Assembly: GCF_006345805.1 (NCBI RefSeq)
Contig: NC_043001.1
Span: forward strand, 60,202,001 to 60,266,000
DNA: 64,000 bases
From: Octopus sinensis
Lineage: Eukaryota
Direction: 5' to 3'
Numbering within the stretch: position 1 is the stretch's first letter; every line of letters begins with the position of its first letter. The notes beneath the pieces are model-generated. The model did not search any database, was not told the DNA's origin, and saw only the letters and a program-made list of their open reading frames with translations. The position numbers were made by a program, and so were the translations under genes. Shown here piece after piece: positions 1-12,548 of this stretch.

Positions 1-566
1 CTGCACCCATGTGTTCCAAAATGTTGGTGCAGGTAGAGGGAATGCCATCACAGCACATCGCTACATTGACCAGATCCTAAGACCTCACATCGTTCCCTTC
101 TTCATACGACACTATAGTCAAAAGTTCCAGCAGGACAATGTTCCCTCTCACACGGTCAGGGTCACCATGGACACACTGGATCTGGTCAACGTAGCGCTGC
201 GATCTGATGCCCTTCCCTTTGCCTACACCGACAATTTGGAACACATGGAGCACAACATCAAAACCATGATGTGACCGGCTCTCAGCCCGGATTGAACCCT
301 ATTGACTACGTGTGGGATGAAATCCAGAGACGGCTGAATCAGCTGGTCCCAAGTTCGACAACTCGTGTGGAACTGGAAGCAGCTTTCCTCAAGGTGAAAT
401 CACATGTACCAATGGATTTTGTGAACTGTCTCATGCTCTCTATGTACCGATCGTGTATAGCGGTTTTGAACACCCAAGGAGGGCATACACAATATTAAAC
501 ATGTCACGCCCTACAATCTCGATCTGCTGGATCCGCCCACTACCACTAAACTTGCGGTTAAGTGTA
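1..566 (+). mobile_element. 3' part of a Tc1-like (DD34E-type) DNA transposon; frameshifted transposase remnant at 11-498
   Basis: ORFs 11-274 and 271-498 carry the Tc1 motifs FQQDNVPSH, PGLNPIDYVWDEI and the C-terminal GGHTQY*. A possible TIR end ...AAGTG|TA lies at ~561-566. Confidence 0.8.
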
Positions 567-646
567 TTTTCGTATTTAAGTAAATAGACTTATGCACATG
601 TGTGCGTGTGTATGTATCTATATGTATATATATGTAAATATATATA

Positions 647-1176
647 TAGCGTGTGGCATGTATGTATAATGCTCTCTGGCATGTATGTATAATGCCCTCT
701 ATATATAAATTAATATGTTCAATAAGAAATAATTATTTTCGAAATTTATTCTCTTATGAGGTTTTCACGCTATCTACCTGACAATTTCTTGTTAAGTTTT
801 CCTTATTGAGTAGTTGTCCTTAATTGCTAAATTTTTATTCCGAAAAAACTTTTCCTCTCCCGAAATGCAATTCGTAAAAGTATGCCATTTACAGGATGTA
901 ATATATGTAAACTCACCCATGTGCTTCGTTGATGTTGATCAGTTAGCTGATCGGCTTAAGCGGGGCGGGGTCGTTTATTTATGATACATTCAGGCCTGCT
1001 GATGAATACGTAAGTATGAAATCACTGTGATACAGGTCTATATTTTTTAAATGTCTTATTTTGAAAAATTGCATTCGGTGGGATTAGTAATATTTTTTGG
1101 TAGAAATGACTAATTGTCCCTCTTAGCGTGTGGCATGTATGTATAATGCTCTCTGGCATGTATGTATAATGCCCTC

Positions 1177-1187
<11 letters not shown>
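647..1187 (+). mobile_element. 477-bp PLE pseudo-LTR/retrozyme-like unit bounded by a 64-bp direct repeat
   Basis: 647-710 is identical to 1124-1187, and each copy has two 23-bp internal units. The unit contains a hammerhead motif and is homologous to the PLE-adjacent sequence at ~25600-25790. Confidence 0.6.
993..1038 (+). ncRNA. Type I hammerhead ribozyme (predicted)
   Basis: Stem I GGCCTG/CAGGTC; core CTGATGA (999-1005); stem II ATAC-GTAA-GTAT; GAAA (1018-1021); stem III TCAC-T-GTGA; then T1031 and A1032 (AUA cleavage triplet). Confidence 0.75.
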
Positions 1188-1241
<54 letters not shown>

Positions 1242-1268
1242 ATATATATATATATATATATATATATA
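1188..1268. repeat. (TA)n microsatellite
   Basis: Direct reading. Confidence 0.95.
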
Positions 1269-2549
1269 CCACACACATACATACATGTATTTATGTATAT
1301 GTGTTTTATATACCTACCTGTCTATATACCTACCCACTTTGTAATGTTGGCAAATGGAATAAGTATAAAAATGAACATTGTCAATTTAATTTAAAAAATT
1401 CCATATATGGCTGAAGAGTGCTCTACATTTTAAAACTGATGTAATACTTACATTGTTTAATTAAATGAAGTAGCATGAAACGATTGTACAACACTACCTT
1501 TGGATATCCTTGTTGCTTATTTTGATTATAATCACCCCATCTGATTTATATGGATAACATCACACCAAATTCTGGTGCCTTTAACTTAAGTACCTAATTC
1601 ATCAGAATCTAAATATTTGCTGAACTTATATATATATGTGTGTGTGTGTGTAGTGTGTGTATGTGTATGTCTATGTAGATGTACGTATTTAAGCGCATTG
1701 CTTATGTGATTTCGTGGTCTTGCATACGCGTCTGCATTTGTGTGAAACTCTGATAACTAGATAATGATAGAAATACAAAGTCACTAGTAGGGTACTTACA
1801 CAAGGAAAGAAATAAGCAAATATATAGAGACTTCATAATGTTGTTGTTTGCAAGGATCTATCATTATTTCCTAGGCGAAAGTTGAACCAAGAATAGGATA
1901 GGATGAAAAATGGCGAAATAAGTGAGATAAATCCATTCCATTTAAACAGTAAACATCCAAATGAAAGCGATGCTTGAGGAGATAATTAAGCATACCGTTT
2001 TCTTCTCTACATTTTCCCCTGAGACATCCTATTTCATGAGATTTATTTCGAAAGATTGACAGATTTATGTGTTACGGATTGCAGAAAGGGATTTGCAACG
2101 TAAAGGCGAACACTTTTTAAACAAACATCTCGGATAAATTTAAACGAATGTCTTACAGAAAACTTCTTTGTTTTGCGTATCTCAGCGCATAGATTGATAT
2201 TATAATGATATATTAAACAATCTTAAGATCTAATCTCAAGATTTATGAGAGACAGTCCACGATAAATTCCATTCAGCATTAATAAGTTCTTGAAACTTCA
2301 CACTTCACTTAAGTTTGGTTTAGAGAAATAGGTAATAATCAACTTACGCCGGTGTTACATCTTAAGTTTAGAGAATTCATTCAATGTATTTCTGCAGGAG
2401 TTATGCTACGTATACGACAGAGAAACCACAGCAGTTATGAACAGTGTCTCCCTGATGTATAATGCTTCATTTTCCGAGAAAGCCCTGCAAATTATTTTTA
2501 TGGGGTTACTTATTCATTTTTTAATGTTTTATTGTTTTATGTGTGTGAA

Positions 2550-2555
<6 letters not shown>

Positions 2556-2636
<81 letters not shown>
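2556..2636. repeat. (GT)n microsatellite
   Basis: Direct reading. Confidence 0.95.
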
Positions 2637-2639
<3 letters not shown>

Positions 2640-2690
2640 TGGTTATCCTTGTTTTGCATCTTTGGTCAAATCGCCCCATAGATCTTGAAA

Positions 2691-3002
2691 TGTTATCGTG
2701 TTTTTGTTTTTTTGAGTATTATAATTTCGGTTATGGTCCCGAACAACAGCAAAAACAATGAAGCGAACTTACAAATCTCTTTACGAAACAACAATCGCTA
2801 TTTCTTGTGAACTAACCAACCGACACGTTCAGATTTCATTGTGAGCTAACACGAACTTCACTCGACTCCGAACTCTGAACTCACTCAGATTGTTACTATT
2901 TATACTTTACTCGAACCGGTCTATCTCTCGCAAGGTGACGTAGTAACTCTCATCACAACAATGCTACATATCGCAATTCATAAATCCCAAGGTGCCATAT
3001 CA
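2691..3002 (-). mobile_element. Solitary LTR-like segment (tentative)
   Basis: On the minus strand it reads TGATATGG...ACGATAACA (TG...CA), has a TATAAAT box, and is preceded by the purine tract AAAAAAAAGAGG (PPT-like). No second copy is present in the window. Confidence 0.35.
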
Positions 3003-3119
3003 ATTGCCTCTTTTTTTAACCCTTCTACATGTCTTCCTCCTCGTTCTATCGTGTCACAATCGCATAAAATAGAGTTGATTATCGAAGCAGATTTTGGAAA
3101 CTCATGTCTGATTATTCGG

Positions 3120-5600
3120 ATGTTACCATGGTGATATCGAGCACCATAAACGCTAAGACATTAGGCATTGACCGAAAGAAATAAGAGATAGTGATAGGTG
3201 CAGCTGAGGAGTATGCAACTTGATATACAGAGAAACGATTCTATGTTCGTTGCCAGTGTCGTAGTGTATGGATTGATGAAATCGACGAAGTGCTTTAAAT
3301 TTGGCTGAAACTGGATATTTTGGTGCATAAGAATTGATTCCATATGATATCACGGTCTGGAAGTCACCTTGTAAAATGGAATGAAATGCTGCAATTCAAG
3401 AATGGCTGTCCAGAAGTAATGAATGTGTAGATCACGTCTGTGTATTACCATGCCAGAGACGTTCCATGCTTCACATCTCCAAATATTTTGGATCATCTAC
3501 TCGTTCAATTCTTGTTGAAGAAATGAGTTTAATTCATCACAAAGCTATCTACTTGTAGCACTCAAGCACAAGAGCTTGTATATACAAAGTAGCGAAGGTG
3601 GGGCAGCCGTATCAATTATGTTCGTTTCTTTCATTCAGCTACAAATGTGGATCCCGCTCACTTATGAGTATATGTCTGGCATCCGAAATATCAAGTATCT
3701 ACGGCATTCTAGTCAAGTAATGAACCAGGTAGAACTTCCACATTTAGAATGTTTAGAGAATTAGGGTGGTAGAAGAATGACGATTTTTCGAGGCACTTCT
3801 GAGCATCTTTGATAAACAACTGGTAAGATTCTTAGAGAGGAGGTTATGTTTGGAGACTATTGATATTTTCCATATATTACTGCTCTGATAGTATTTCTTT
3901 GCTCATTATGTTTTAAAACTAGGTATGTATGAATAGGGATTACTTTGTCTCGGCGCCTTTTAACTGATTATTGAAGGAAAAAAATCAGCGTCTATGATTC
4001 TGTATGTTTTCAAGATCTCTAAGACAGGGAAATACGAATGTGAGAAAGCCAGAGATTTCTTTCAAAGTATCTCTTACTATTAGTTTAAATTTATTTCCTT
4101 TCATATGCAGCAACATGTTTTACTTCAATCTTACATCCCTTACTCATAGAGTATCTAGAATTATATCTTCACATTGTCGCTGTTTGAAAAGTTAGGTATC
4201 ATATAAAGATTTTATTGCGTTTAGTTTTAACAGTATAGGGGAGGTAAACACTGAGTTGTTGCATCCTTCAATTCCGGTATTATTAAATTTGTGAGGTTGC
4301 TGGATTGGCACGATCAACATATTGCAGAAATATACCCCAGAATATTGATTTACAGATAGGAATTTTCATCCATTCAGTTGAAAAATAAAGTACTGTTATA
4401 TTTAGAAAGTTCGTGGTAATATGATTTTAAAACCTAACATGAATTTTAAATTCTATTTATAGAAATTCTGCATTGTAAGTTAATATTACAAGATTTTGCT
4501 GGCTAAACCAGCGATGCTCTTAAGCTATCTGAAGGTTTCTATTTACCGTTTTTTTACCTTTTCATAATGGCATATCCTTGCGTTTATTCAACATAAATAA
4601 AACATTATTGAATATTTATTCCCCATAACGCTATGTTAAGTAAAGATTATTCTACCGAAGTGACTACTTTGGCATTGAGTTTCATATACTAACTCAATAA
4701 AAAGAGTAATGGATGAAATTAGTAACATCATTTTTTTTTTAGTTTTCATGTAATCGTATACCAAATATATTTGTTTCGTGTTCAAACATATTTTTATATA
4801 TTTTAACAATTGAGCAATATTTTGATTTGTATTCCATTTTCGAAAACTGGAGCTTTGTCTTGATCCAAACAGGGTCTAAAGCGGAAAATCCAGTAATATT
4901 GTCAGACAGTCTGACCGAATTATACAGGTGACAAGAGACATTCCATTTTCTGAATAGCTGCGTTGATTGAATACGAAGTTCGAACAATGGTAGTCCATAA
5001 TCCTGCGAAGCATCTTGGCACCATAGAAGCTCAGGTGTCTCCCAAAGGTCTGGACTCTGTGCAAGTATCAATACTAAAGAGCAGGACAATGAGGGCTAGA
5101 GACCAGAAGACCCAAAACTTTGTCCTCTTGCACATATATGGGTAGCGCAAAACACACTTGTCCAATGAGTCAACAACTGCACCAGCTCATCCAAGTCCCT
5201 TTAATACTTTGGACTCGCAGTTGATGCTGCTATGAATTTCACAGTCGTGATAAGTGAAGCTGTCAAGAATTTCGACCTCTTTACCTGTAACAATGGCGGA
5301 CAAAATAGGGCACTGCAAGAGCGTAACGAAAGGATAGATGTTTATCTTGACTGAAGATAATCTAATGCCAAGTGGTTCCTCTTCCTCAGTCTGTTTGACC
5401 ATATTGCTCAGTTTTCCGAGTTAGTCCCAGCTTATCGTGTCCTCTTCAGTGAAAGTCCGGCAGGGTTGACGGCTCGTATTGGTTGACCACATGCAATATT
5501 GTCACGGCAGATGAGGAAAGATCGCGCGGAGATGGGGATTGACCGGGACTCTGGAATGGAAGGACTCAGGATTATACCGAGAATTGATGAATGCAACAAT
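3120..5600 (-). pseudogene. L: Endogenous viral element: decayed Mononegavirales (paramyxovirus-like) L protein/RdRp, N-terminal half through motif C/D region
   Basis: Ordered minus-strand motifs across frameshifts: YNPESFHSRVPV (~5541-5576), WETPELLW (5021-5044), IIRSDCLTI (4897-4923), NLKFMLGFK (4426-4452), YERK*I*TNSKRYF (4064-4105), FIKDAQKCL (3790-3816), ERDPHL (3642-3659), QT*ST (3426-3440), SILQGDFQTVI (QGDFQ 3357-3371), HYDTGNEHRIVS. Confidence 0.75.
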
Positions 5601-6488
5601 GCACTGCACCTGAGCATGCGCCACGCTTGAGCAGGCGCTTCTCAACTAAATTAGTAAAGAACCTATGGAAGACATTAAATAATTTTCCATTTCCTGTACG
5701 TTATCCATTCGTAAGAGTTTTTTCAAACTATTTCATTTATGTCTTTGATATTGGTTTCCTCAATAAAGCTTTTGTAAAACTATCAAACGCCATGCATCAA
5801 TGCATACATAAATAAATCCATGTGTTAATACTAATGCTTTCGTATTATATCAATTATTTTAAATACAATATTACCAGTTTTACTGTTACTTTGTTGGTCA
5901 GAGTCCTTTAATCGTATATTCCAATAAAACAGTCTCGGCATTCGCAGTGTGAAACAAAGTTCGTATACACACACATGTATGCTTGACTGCGTCTGTGAAT
6001 GTAACTTTATATATATGCAATGTGTTTCCAGAAGGTTCCTTCTACCAACTTTACTCACAAGCCATTAATCAATTTTAGGCCGTAGCAAAAGACCCCTTAC
6101 TATGATGCCGCCTTTTGGTACTCAATTGAAAATCTCGTGCTTGCAAAGCGAGTTTTTAAACCACAAATTCATGCCTTTATATACTAAATGATTTCTGATA
6201 CATCCTCCAACCCCGCCAACCCGGTACACTGGGAACGCGGCTTTTCCACTCTCTTTCCGCCCTCTCGCTTTCTCTCTTGCTTTAAATTTTGTTATTCATT
6301 GTAATATTCACCCCTTATTATGTTATTTTATCAAGTTATATCTCTGAACCCCTTCTCAATTATATATCTTCTTTCCAAATGTGCTGTTCTTCCGCTGTTT
6401 ATTTAATCGTCATTCATACTTTTTTTCGTAGTATATTTATATATATCACTACCACTATATCCTTGTCCTTGGCTTAATATGTTTTTCT

Positions 6489-6491
<3 letters not shown>

Positions 6492-6546
<55 letters not shown>
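6492..6546. repeat. (CT)n microsatellite
   Basis: Direct reading. Confidence 0.95.
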
Positions 6547-6548
<2 letters not shown>

Positions 6549-8344
6549 CTTACTTTCCTTTTCCATCCAAGTTTCAGTAGCACCATCTATCTATTTATCC
6601 ATCTAATGTAGTTCTATTCAGAAATTAAATTTCACAAACTCCCATTATTTTGTCTTTCTACCTCCTCGCTCAACACAGCCATTCGCGAGCCTTTAACGTG
6701 ATAGATATAGAAAAAGCAACATACAATAAAAGGTAAAATATCAATGAAAAAATACGAAGTGGAGTTAATATCGCAATAGATAGACTGCAATAAAAAATGA
6801 TGACATTGAGTGTATTAAATTTGCATTTTAATTAATAGGAAAGAGAATAATGTATTAAGTAGTAAATAAATGCGGCTGTAATTGGCGAAAACCAGATGTT
6901 AAAATAAGTTCTTTCCTTGCAATGACTACAAGTTCACTTTCAGAAGATTTCGAACATAAATCACTTACGTTTTTCAAAATTTTATATGAAAACATTCAGT
7001 TTGGAATCCTATGTTGTTTTATAAACTGTAATTCAAGATTTCAATGTGATGCCGGTTTTATTTTGAATATATTTTGCTGTATATCCAGCGTAAAATGATA
7101 TTCAACAACTGCTTACTCACCCTTTCTTTCACTTGCTTGTGTGCTAATCAAATGAAAAGTAATAGTTCTATTGAGGTGGAAGCAGTTCTGTTGAAAATAT
7201 TAAAATCGCTGCTACAATATATCAAAGGCTACATGCACAAATCACATATAATAATGTATCCGATCTAGAGGAATATTGATTGGTGTACTAAAAAAATAAA
7301 CTCACAAACAAGTGGGTAGTATTCAAATAAGTTATATTCCCTCGATTATTGCAGTTCTCAACGTCAAACATATACAACTGAAACAGGAAAATCATTTTCA
7401 TGATCACGAGACAAGACTTACTCGTCTGAAGTATTGATTTAGTGGTTTGGTAGGAACTGAAAAGATCGGTATCACATGTTGATGAGAACATATAATGCGT
7501 CAGTACACATTAACATATGACATTAGATGCGACTCTTCCACGAGTGTGGCTATATTGGTCATGCGAAACGCTTGACTACTAAGAAGTTGTGTTCGTTATT
7601 TGGGAGAATAGTCACACTGAGAATTAATTGGCGTCAATAAATGGCCAAATATGTCTATCTGAGCTGTATAACATTGTTAAGGACAATTCTTAGCATGCAG
7701 CACAGTTGTCTGATATCTTGCGCTGTTAATCTTGTGATAAATTATCTGAAACGTCATCCACACAAAAAGAGAAACACGGTGCAAGAAGCGAATAACAGGG
7801 GGAAAAATACTGTGTCGCGGTGGTTGTGGTGTTTGTAGCTATTAGGGTAAGAAGAAAACAGGTAAGTGAGAAGAACAAATAATTATGCATGAGGAATGAA
7901 ATACTACAACATAATCATTGGCATAAAAATGACAGTGGTGGAATCTCATTCACCTTCGACGATGAACATTCAATTGTTCTATTAAGTGAATTTCTCTTTA
8001 GCAATCCATTAAGAGGTTGACTATTCTACACAAATGTATTCGCTTCTGTGTAATTCTTTAGCCTAATCCTCTGTTTTTGCTATGTTACAAGGCTGGACAT
8101 TTGAATTAATCTACAATCCATCTGACGACTTTATACAATTCACGTTAATTCATTTTACATGATGTTTGAGGTCCAGTTGAGGGTATTGTAATATACGCAT
8201 CACTATGATTCCTAGCACGGCATTGAACAAGAAAATTCTTGAAAAGAAAAAAGCGTTCTCATTCGGAGTATAATCATATCCCTATTAAGTAGGGAAAATT
8301 CACTCCTCCCACAAAAAATAGAAAGAAAACCCGAATAACTGGCT

Positions 8345-11300
8345 TTACGAAATTATGTGTAGAATATGTTGTGCACAATGCGTGACGTCACGCGTTTGTG
8401 ATGTATGACGTAACACATACACATAATAATGGCTGTACCCTGTGTCATGTCATAATTTACAGGGTACCAGAAAGGAATTGAATAATCGCCCGAATGGATC
8501 AGATAAGAAGCCCGAATGAACATACTCTCGAAGGCAACGTAGCTGAGACAGGAAACGGTGGCTACAAATGTTTGAACTTTACTTTAAGGCTAATGGAATC
8601 GCAGTTAAATCACAGGGTGTGAAGTGTGCTACTCAACTACACGTGGTGGTAGAGGCTACAGTTAAAGTGTATAACTCTTTTGAGTGGAGTGAGGAAGCGG
8701 ATAGCAATAATTACGACAAAGTGAAGCAAGAGATTCAGGAATTCTCTGAACCTTAGAAAAACCTAACTACATGCATTTTTCACTAGATCTCAGAATCAAA
8801 ATGAGACAATTAATCAGTAGGTGAAAGATTCAAAGAACAAATCTAGACCTTGTGAGTTTGGGGCACTGAATGATGGAATCATTAAAGACAAGTGTCTGTG
8901 GAATTCTTATTGATTGCCTCAGAATGGAGTTTTTAATACATGATCTTGATTTGGAAAAGCTGTACAGATATGAAGAGCTACAGAAATTGAAAGTTCCTGA
9001 TGGTGAACAGTCAACCATAGCTGATGGAATCAATGCCATTAATGCCAGTAAATCCAAGAAGAAAGTATGAACCTAAAGGCAGTACAAACGAATTCCCTCA
9101 GTGTAGACAGTGTGGTTACATGCTAAAGACAAGTGTACAGCTGCAAGAAATGTTTGTGACACATGCAGTGGTAAACACCATTTTGCCAGCATGTGTAAAA
9201 CTAGAATGCCATCTAGGTATGACAGACAAGACACTACAGAAAGAAAACTCAAAAATGTTCAACTTGTTGACAATTCTGAAGAAACTGAAGAATTTGAAGA
9301 ATTATTTATTGGACAGAAGACTACAGATGAAGATGATGAAGACTGGTATGAGATTTTATTAATCGACAAGAAACCCTTGGAATTCCAACTTAATGCAGGT
9401 GCACATTGCAATATCACTTCCATATCAATGTTCGACAGTATGCATTTGAAGAATAAAGAACTGTCAAGAACAAAAAAAACTTGTGTCATACTTCGAAGAA
9501 AAGCGATTTCTGCTTGGACAGATATAACTATCTGTATCAAGTAAAATCAGTGGCATATCGAGAAAAAAACGGCCAAGAATACTGGGAAGAAAACTCTGAG
9601 AAATTGAAGTTGGTACAGCGAGTTCACAACATTCAGAAAGTGAATACAGACATACTGGAAGAATATCCAGAGCTGTTCCAAGGACTCGGATGCAGGTCGG
9701 GAGAACACCACATAGAATTAGTGGACAAAATCGCACTAATTAGTGGTGCACTCGCAGAGAAAAGTACCCGTTGCTTTGATGGACAAAGTGCAAGCAGAAC
9801 TTGATCAAATGACCACGCATGGAGTTGTCCTCAAGGAGACTCAACCCACAAACTGGGTTAAAAGCATGGTGAAATTAGTGAAACCAAACAAGATTAGGGT
9901 CTGTATAGACCCAAAACATCTTAATCGTGCCATAAAAAGACAACAATATCCCATGAGAACTTTTCATGAAATTATGTCACGAATGCCAGTTGTTCATTGT
10001 ACTTGACACAGAGTTTGGATTTTGGTAGATGTAACTTGACGAAAGCATTTCCAAGTTGTGTACCGATCCACTCGACTACCTTTCGGAGTGAAGTCGGCGC
10101 CGGAGGTATTTCAGAGAACAATGTCACAGATCCTAGGTTTATCAGGCATAGAAATGTATTGTTGATGACATTTTGGTGTGGGGTACAAATGGGAAGCAAC
10201 ATGATGAATGGGTGCATGCCGTTCTGAATAGAATACAGTCGAGTGGCCTGAAATTTAATGCAAAGAAATGCGAGCTGAGAATGATGGAGGTCGAATATGT
10301 AGGGCATATGTAGCCAGAATCTGAAAAGGTGAAATCTATCCGAGAAATGCTGGAGCCTGAAAACAAAATGGATCTGATGCGATTCCGGGGTATGATACAG
10401 TATCTGGGAAACTTCATGCCTAATCTCTCCTCCACTGAAACTGCAGCTCTACGTGAGTTAATGTCGAAGGACATTGCATGGCAATGGAAAGAACGTCAGC
10501 AAACATGTTTCAAGAATTTGAAACAAAGAGTGACAGAGACTCCAGGACTACAATACTGCCATGTTACAGAGCCAGTAAAGTTATCAGTGTATACAAGCGC
10601 CAAATTGTTGATGCAAGCAGGCAAACCTGTAGCGTTCACTTCGAGGTCACTGACAAGTGCGAAAAAAACGACGTATGTGCAGAGAGTGATGATAGGTATC
10701 TTACATGGATGTGGGAGGTTTCGTCAGTACATCTTTGGGAAAACACTTCAAGTAGAAATTGATCACAAGCCCCTTGAAATCATATTTCACAAACCCTTGT
10801 GTAGAGTTCCTCGGGGGTTGCAGAGAATGTTGCTGCGTCTACAGCAGTGTGGTCTTCAAGTTACCTACAGACCCGGCAAAGAACTGATTGTTGCAGATAT
10901 CTTGAGCAGAGCATATCCTCAAGCCAGTAATGATTGATTTGATGAAAGCGAATGTGATATGGACATAATATCATAACTGCCGATGACCTGAGGAAAGTTG
11001 AGCGAATTCAGGATTTTTACTGCCAATGACCCCCAACTGCAACAACTGAAATCAGTGATTCCGTTCGGACGGCCAGAAAACAGAAATGTTGTTCCATCAA
11101 GTGCGAGAGACTACAAGAATATTTGAGATGAACTGACTGTTATTGATGAGCTCATCTTGAAAGCTGGCAAAGTTGTAGTTCCTGCAACACTACAGAAATG
11201 TTGAACTGAATTCATGATGTTCATTTTTGAGCCGACTTGTTTGTGTAGAAGATCATTGACTACCTGGTGTGTGTGGACTATTTCTCAAAGTACCCTGAAA

Positions 11301-12548
11301 TTGTGAAATTGCCTGACCTATCAAATAAAATGACAATCAGAACAGTGAAATCTGTCTTTGCCAAAAACGGCATCCCAGATGAGTTCATGAGAGATAACGG
11401 ACCGCAGTTTACGAGTGCAGATTTCTGTAACTTTGGTCTAGAATAACACTTTAAACACTCAACAAGTCCTACTTACCCACAATCAAACGGACAAGCTGAG
11501 CTTAAAGTTCAGATAGTAAAAATATTTGCTCAAGAAAACAGAAACTAGAGTCCTAAATGTCTATTTAGCTCTACTTGAGTACGGAAATACACCTGTTGGC
11601 GTAGTCAGTCTATCACCAACTCAAAAGCTAATGAGCAGGCGCTGAAGAATCACGTACTTGTATTCGATGCCTTGCGGAAACGTCAGGCGCAGTACCAAAA
11701 ACAGCTACCACATGATCAGTTGAAATCACCTCAAAACCAGCAAAAGTCATCTACAACAGATGTAGTAGAAAGTTACGTACTTTGACTACTGGAAAGTAAG
11801 TCAGGATTCAAGAAAAGCAGTCATGTAAGTCATGTTAGTTGCCAAATCAGTGGATGGCGCTCCAAAATTTTACAACATGACGTTAGATAGAAGACAGTAT
11901 CGACGAAATCGCCGTCATCTGTGGACAGCTGCTGAGAATCCAATAGCTCAGTCAATTGGAGAACTTGAAGAGACTATGAACTATGATACAGATGATTCTT
12001 AGATTAAAGACACTATCTTTAATCAAACTCTGAGATCCGAACGAAAAATCAACATGCCGGAACGATATCAAGATTGATATCAAGAACTGTTGAATTTGAG
12101 AAGTGCTCAATGAAAAGAGTGATTCATGAACTGTGTTGAATGTTGAATTTGAAGTTAAACAAGTTGAACTGCTTTAATTGCTAGAAAGCAAATTTCTTTT
12201 TCTTTCTACGTTCGAAGAAGTTAAATAGATGATTTTCTTAATGACAACAAAATAATCATTTATGGACTAGTCAAATGTAAAGAAAATATATGGACATTGA
12301 AGAGAGTTGTTTTACCAGAATGATAATGAATCGATAATCGAGTTTATTTGAACTTGATAATTTAAGCTCCAAATATTGCCATAACTTAAAGTTTGTGTAT
12401 ATATTCACTACAATAACACCCCTTGCAATGTTTGTAAGGAAGGGGAATTTAATGAAAGTTATTTTACATTAAGATGTGCACACTGTTTGACGTCACGAGT
12501 TTGTGATGTATGACGTAGCAAATACGCATAGTAATGTCATAATTAACA
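8345..12548 (+). mobile_element. Decayed Ty3/gypsy LTR retrotransposon (gag-pol, short LTRs)
   Basis: Gag-like 8568-9070; Zn knuckle CDTCSGKHHFASMC; protease FQLNAGAHCNI; RT start IRVCIDPKHLNRAIKR; RNase H region EIDHKPLEIIF; integrase DYFSKYPE, DNGPQFTS, YPQSNGQAE (~11270-11500). Homologous LTRs at ~8345-8461 and ~12448-12548, PBS-like GGGTACCAGAAA at 8462, PPT AAGGAAGGGGA at ~12436-12446. Confidence 0.9.

Noticed and set aside
4566-4577. GYAI as the conserved GHP motif of L
   Set aside because: Spacing to neighbouring motifs is too short without invoking a deletion, so it was not used as evidence.
2950-5650. Initial reading as a decayed Ty3/gypsy or Penelope pol (RRIMDYH, NFVFNQRSY, HTPQ)
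   Set aside because: The matches were short and inconsistently spaced. The ordered L-protein motif series, including QGD.Q, explains the region far better.
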